Below are positions 57,501-64,000 of a stretch of DNA of 64,000 nt, piece after piece; positions within the stretch are counted from its first letter, which is position 1; every line of letters begins with the position of its first letter. The DNA is taken from the NCBI RefSeq assembly GCF_009914755.1, contig NC_060940.1; one strand, written 5' to 3'. Source of the DNA: the human T2T-CHM13v2.0 reference genome, Homo sapiens. The notes beneath the pieces are model-generated. The model saw only the letters and a program-made list of their open reading frames with translations, searched no databases and had not been told where the DNA came from. A program made the translations under genes and the position numbers.

Positions 57501-59689
57501 CCGCACAGAGAGCTGTACTTTGTGCTCTTCAGAGGCAGAAAAGTCAATAAATTCACTTTTTCACAGAAAGAATATGTCATCTAGAAGGCCCTGGGGAGTT
57601 TGTCTGCAAAGTTTAATTTCTATTGAAGGATCCTGAGTAGGTAAAGAATACAGAAGGAGAGGGGAGTATGAGAACAAAAAAATTGAAGGAACTAACATTT
57701 GTTTACTGATAACTTACCTGGCACCAGAACTCTTACGTCCATAATCTCATTCAGTGCTTGCAACGGTGGAGAGATAATGAAGCCATGAGTAGAAATTGTA
57801 AGGGATCAGGGAGGTCCCTCTGATCTCTAATTCTTAATTAATTCAACAAATAATCATTCAGTGACTCTGGATACTCGACATTGAGTCAGTGGCTGGGAAG
57901 CCAGCATGGACATGACATCGTCCCTTTCCAGGAGAACCTTTCAGTCTGTGTTGGAAGCAGACATGTTCACAAGCCCACAAAGCCCTTTTCCAGTGTGTTG
58001 ACCTCCATCCACAGTCTGCCTGATCACTCCGGGAACAAGGAGCCTTGGCGTCCCACAGAATTTACCAAACGTTCTTAAATGTATGACAACATTTGTTTTC
58101 CATTTTTATGATGTTTTGGAAATCTGGATGCATCTTGTAATCAATGCAGAAATTTAATGTAGTTAATTATTTTTCCTAAGAAAACAAATAAATCAAACCA
58201 AAACAAAAATCCATAGTGTTGTTCAATCAATGGTGTGGATCAATACAGTCTTAAATCTGAGTAAGCATGGAAATTGTTTATAATCAAGATATTAATACCT
58301 CCCATTTGGGAGGCACTCTATGGAGTGTTTAGGGAGGAGGCAATGGGGGTAAAACTAATATCCCCTCTCTCTCGAATGATGCATTGATGCATGACTGTTT
58401 CATAACCATGATTTTTGCTATATGCTCACTGTCCCATGTGAGTCCATTAATGTCCCCATCAAAACCATGCAAAAAAGGAAATCTTCTCCTTACTGTTACT
58501 TAATCTAAACATGCAACAAATCCTTTACAGTCTTTGAAGGAGAGAGGTTGCAGATTAGCTCAGACTGGAATCTGTGACCAATGGCTCAGTCAAGATAGGA
58601 ACATGGATACAAATAAGAAACTCTATCAATGTTTCTCTCGGCAATGGAACAACAGGGACCATGACAAAATATGCTATTTTCTCATTTACAAAGCCACAAT
58701 CATGCCTGAAAACATTTCAACTTTTTCTTTGTTGAACCAACACTCAGTTCTGTGTAACTTACACAAATTCCCCAAATCTCCTTGAGTCTAAAGATTGAGA
58801 ACCATGTAGGCTTAAAAAGGATGAAGAAATTGTTTCAATTCCCCTTTTAAGTGGTTTTAAATTAAGTGCAATGGAGGAAACTTAGATGAAATGCATTTTG
58901 CATACATTTGTAAGAGGTTACCTACAAGGCTGGATGCATGCTTGGAGATGTGGTGTCTTCAGAAACAAAGTGGGTTCATCAGAAAGTGAACTCACCTGGG
59001 CCAGTAACAGGAGAGCCCTGGGCTTGGAGGGTTCCTGGCAGAACTTCCTTTCTCCTCTTCGAAATGGGGTAATAGAAAATGTAACAAAAGAAAAAAAAAT
59101 TCTCTTCAGCTCTGGGAGTCTCCAGGGGATGTTTGTTTTGAAGAGATTTTGAGCCTGATTTTCAAGAATAAGGAGGTGCCAACTGTTTGTAAAAGATCCT
59201 AAAACAGCATGATCTCTGGCCCTCAGGAGATTTATCTTTTATTTATACAGAGTATTTTTGAATGCCTGTTACTGAGACAAAGAAGTGACTGAGAGGCTTC
59301 ATGTAAAAGGCAACACAATGTTTTTAGAGCCCACATCTAAAGAAAATATGTACATAATATTATAATGCAAATGAGTTGAAGGATAAATAGGTTTTAGTTG
59401 TTCATTTAAACATAACTTTAATTCAGCACTATTAGGCATAGGGGAGATGAATCCAAACACAAGACTTGTTTCCTGTTACAGGGAAATGTACAGTCTAAAG
59501 AAGGAAACTGACTTGTAAAAATACAAACTTCAGTTTTAAGTGACATATGGTAGGAGAAAGGAGCCAGGACACAGAGGAAGAAGGAACAACTCCCTCCCTG
59601 ATAGATGCCATTAAGGCCTTCCTGAGGAGGTCGCTAGAGTTTGGTCCAAAAAAAGTGCATCCTCTTGATATAGCAATTATACTAATATT

Positions 59690-60225
59690 TTATTTTAACT
59701 ATTGCTATATGATAAAGTATTGTGGAACTTAGTAGCATAAAATAGAAATAGACATTTATTATCACATATTGTTTCTTTGGGTGCAATTTTTCTAATTGAT
59801 TCTGGTTCATGGATTCTCACAAAGTTATAATCAAGATTCGGGTCTGGGCTGCAATTCTCTAGGGGCTTGACTGGATTGGAGAATCTGCTTCCAAGGTAGC
59901 TCACTTGTATGGCTTGCAAGTTGGTGCTGGTTGCTGGTGGGAGGTCTCAGTACCACCCCATGTGGAACTGTCCATAGCATTGCTTGATTATCCTTACAAC
60001 ATGGCAGCTGGCTTCCCTGGAGCTAGTGATTCAAGAAAGAGCTTACCAGGAACTGCAATGATTTTTGGGACTTAGCCTCATCAAAAGTCATTCTCTATCA
60101 TATCCCCAGTATCTGCAGTGTGCAATTTACTACACAAGTCAGCCCTATTCAGTGTGGGAAGGAACAAGGGTAGAATACCAGGAGGTAAGAATCACTGGGA
60201 GACATCTTGAAGGCTAGTTACCACA
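59690..60225 (-). mobile_element. MLT1-family MaLR LTR
   Basis: GACTGGATTGGAGAATCTGCTTCCAAGGTAGCTCACT...CATGGCAGCTGGCTTCCC...GACATCTTGAAGGCTAGTTACCACA. Confidence 0.75.
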
Positions 60226-60327
60226 ACTAATGATAACACCTAAAATGGTGGTATTATTACTGTTGAGTAATGTGGCGGTTTAGTTCTGTGGTTAGTTAAC
60301 ATCAGACTTTAGAATTACATAAGCCTT

Positions 60328-61220
60328 AGATGGCCGAATAGGAACAGCTCCGGTCTACAGCTCCCAGCGTGAGCGACGCAGAAGACGGGTGATTTCTGCA
60401 TTTCCATCTGAGGTACCGGGTTCATCTCACTAGGGAGTGCCAGACAGTGGGCGCAGGCCAGTGTGTGTGCGCACCGTGCGCGAGCCGAAGCAGGGCAAGG
60501 CATTGCCTCACCTGGGAAGGGCAAGGGGTCAGGGAGTTCCCTTTCCGAGTCAAAGAAAGGGGTGACGGACGCACCTGGAAAATCGGGTCACTCCCACCCG
60601 AATATTGCGCTTTTCAGACCGGCTTAAGAAACGGCCCACCACGAGACTATATCCCACACCTGGCTCAGAGGGTCCTACGCCCACGGAATCTCGCTGATTG
60701 CTAGCACAGCAGTCTGAGATCAAACTGCAAGGCGGCAACGAGGCTGGGGGAGGGGGGCCCGCCATTGCCCAGGCTTGCTTAGGTAAACAAAGCAGCCAGG
60801 AAGCTCGAACTGGGTGGAGCCCACCACAGCTCAAGGAGGCCTGCCTGCCTCTGTAGGCTCCACCTCTGGGGGCAGGGCACAGACAAACAAAAAGACAGCA
60901 GTAACCTCTGCAGACTTAAGTATCCCTGTCTGACAGCTTTGAAGAGAGCAGTGGTTCTCCCAGCACGCAGCTGGAGATCTGAGAACGGGCAGACTGCCTC
61001 CTCAAGTGGGTCCCTGACCCCTGATCCCCGAGCAGCCTAACTGGGAGGCACCCCCCAGCAGGGGCACACTGACACCTCACACGGCAGGGTATTCCAACAG
61101 ACCTGCAGCTGAGGGTCCTGTCTGTTAGAAGGAAAACTAACAACCAGAAAGGACATCTACACCTAAAACCCATCTGTACATCACCATCATCAAAGACCAA
61201 AAGTAGATAAAACCACAAAG
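60328..61220 (+). promoter_or_regulatory. L1 5'UTR: internal sense promoter/CpG island and antisense promoter
   Basis: CpG-rich; YY1 core AGATGGCC at the extreme 5' end; SOX motifs AACAAA at 60786-60791 and 60886-60891. Confidence 0.9.
60550..60765 (-). CDS. ORF0: LINE-1 ORF0 (71 aa, antisense)
   Basis: MAGPPPPASLPPCSLISDCCASNQRDSVGVGPSEPGVGYSLVVGRFLSRSEKRNIRVGVTRFSRCVRHPFL; full 71-aa frame from the ATG at 60765. Confidence 0.85.
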   Translation of the reverse strand: MAGPPPPASLPPCSLISDCCASNQRDSVGVGPSEPGVGYSLVVGRFLSRSEKRNIRVGVTRFSRCVRHPFL

Positions 61221-62228
61221 ATGGGGAAAAAACAGAACAGAAAAACTGGAAACTCTAAAACGCAGAGCGCCTCTCCTCCTCCAAAGGAACGCAGTTCCTC
61301 ACCAGCAACAGAACAAAGCTGGATGGAGAATGATTTTGATGAGCTGAGAGAAGAAGGCTTCAGACGATCAAATTACTCTGAGCTACGGGAGGACATTCAA
61401 ACCAAAGGCAAAGAAGTTGAAAACTTTGAAAAAAATTTAGAAGAATGTATAACTAGAATAACCAATACAGAGAAGTGCTTAAAGGAGCTGATGGAGCTGA
61501 AAACCAAGGCTCGAGAACTACGTGAAGAATGCAGAAGCCTCAGGAGCCGATGCGATCAACTGGAAGAAAGGGTATCAGTGATGGAAGATGAAGTGAATGA
61601 AATGAAGCGAGAAGGGAAGTTTAGAGAAAAAAGAAGCAAGCAAAGCCTCCAAGAAATATGGGACTATGTGAAAAGACCAAATCTACATCTCATTGGTGTA
61701 CCTGAAAGTGATGGGGAGAATGGAACCAAGTTGGAAAACACTCTGCAGAATATTATCCGGGAGAACTTCCCCAATCTAGCAAGGCAGGCCAACATTCAGA
61801 TTCAGGAAATACAGAGAACACCACAAAGATACTCCTCGAGAAGAGCAAATCCAAGACACATAATTGTCAGATTCACCAAAGTGGAAATGAAGGAAAAAAT
61901 GTTAAGGGCAGCCAGAGAGAAAGGTCGGGTTACCCACAAAGGGAAGCCCATCAGACTAACAGCGGATCTCTCAGCAGAAACTCTACAAGCCAGAAGACAG
62001 TGGGGACCAATATTCAACATTCTTAAAGAAAAGAATTTTCAACCCAGAATTTCATATCCAGCCAAACTAAGCTTCATAAGTGAAGGAGAAATAAAATACT
62101 TTACAGACAAGCAAATGCTGAGAGATTTTGTCACCACAAGGCCTGCCCTAAAAGAGCTCCTGAAGGAAGCGCTAAACATGGAAAGGAGCAACCAATACCA
62201 GCTGCTGCAAAATCATGCCAAAATGTAA
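61221..62228 (+). CDS. ORF1: LINE-1 ORF1p (RNA-binding, coiled coil-RRM-CTD), 335 aa
   Basis: MGKKQNRKTGNSK...REKG...ARR...YPAKLS...NHAKM; 3 aa shorter than the canonical 338 aa. Confidence 0.97.
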   Translation: MGKKQNRKTGNSKTQSASPPPKERSSSPATEQSWMENDFDELREEGFRRSNYSELREDIQTKGKEVENFEKNLEECITRITNTEKCLKELMELKTKARELREECRSLRSRCDQLEERVSVMEDEVNEMKREGKFREKRSKQSLQEIWDYVKRPNLHLIGVPESDGENGTKLENTLQNIIRENFPNLARQANIQIQEIQRTPQRYSSRRANPRHIIVRFTKVEMKEKMLRAAREKGRVTHKGKPIRLTADLSAETLQARRQWGPIFNILKEKNFQPRISYPAKLSFISEGEIKYFTDKQMLRDFVTTRPALKELLKEALNMERSNQYQLLQNHAKM

Positions 62229-62276
62229 AGACCATCGAGACTAGGAAGAAACTGCATGAACTAACGAGCAAAATAA

Positions 62277-64000
<1,724 letters not shown>

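Noticed and set aside
60315-61218. Other ORFs in the L1 5'UTR, and antisense ORFs at 61802 and 62603
   Set aside because: Generic by-products of L1 sequence; only ORF0, ORF1 and ORF2 are established.

Overview
Primate genomic DNA, very likely human because it contains an L1HS-type element. It looks intergenic or deep-intronic: I recognise no host protein-coding exon, tRNA, rRNA or snRNA, and almost all ORFs in the track are repeat-derived or chance. The window holds 12 Alus (one AluY nested in an AluS), old L1M/L2/MIR fragments, MaLR/ERVL/ERV1 LTRs, DNA-transposon MITEs, and the 5' 3.7 kb of a near-full-length young LINE-1 (60328 to window end) with ORF0, ORF1 and ORF2 open. Three observations stand out. 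(1) A ~435-bp inverted duplication (12241-12674 vs 14904-15340, ~95-96% identical) has its left copy flanked by a 9-bp direct repeat, suggesting a local templated insertion. (2) A 34-bp-stem, pre-miRNA-like hairpin lies at 49479-49552. (3) The L1 is a mosaic: a ~0.9-kb older, more diverged patch (61579-62486) sits in an otherwise L1HS-like element and probably disables ORF1p without closing the frame. Repeat family calls and L1 comparisons rely on consensus sequences recalled from memory and need RepeatMasker/Dfam confirmation. I see no evidence for a new multi-gene system.
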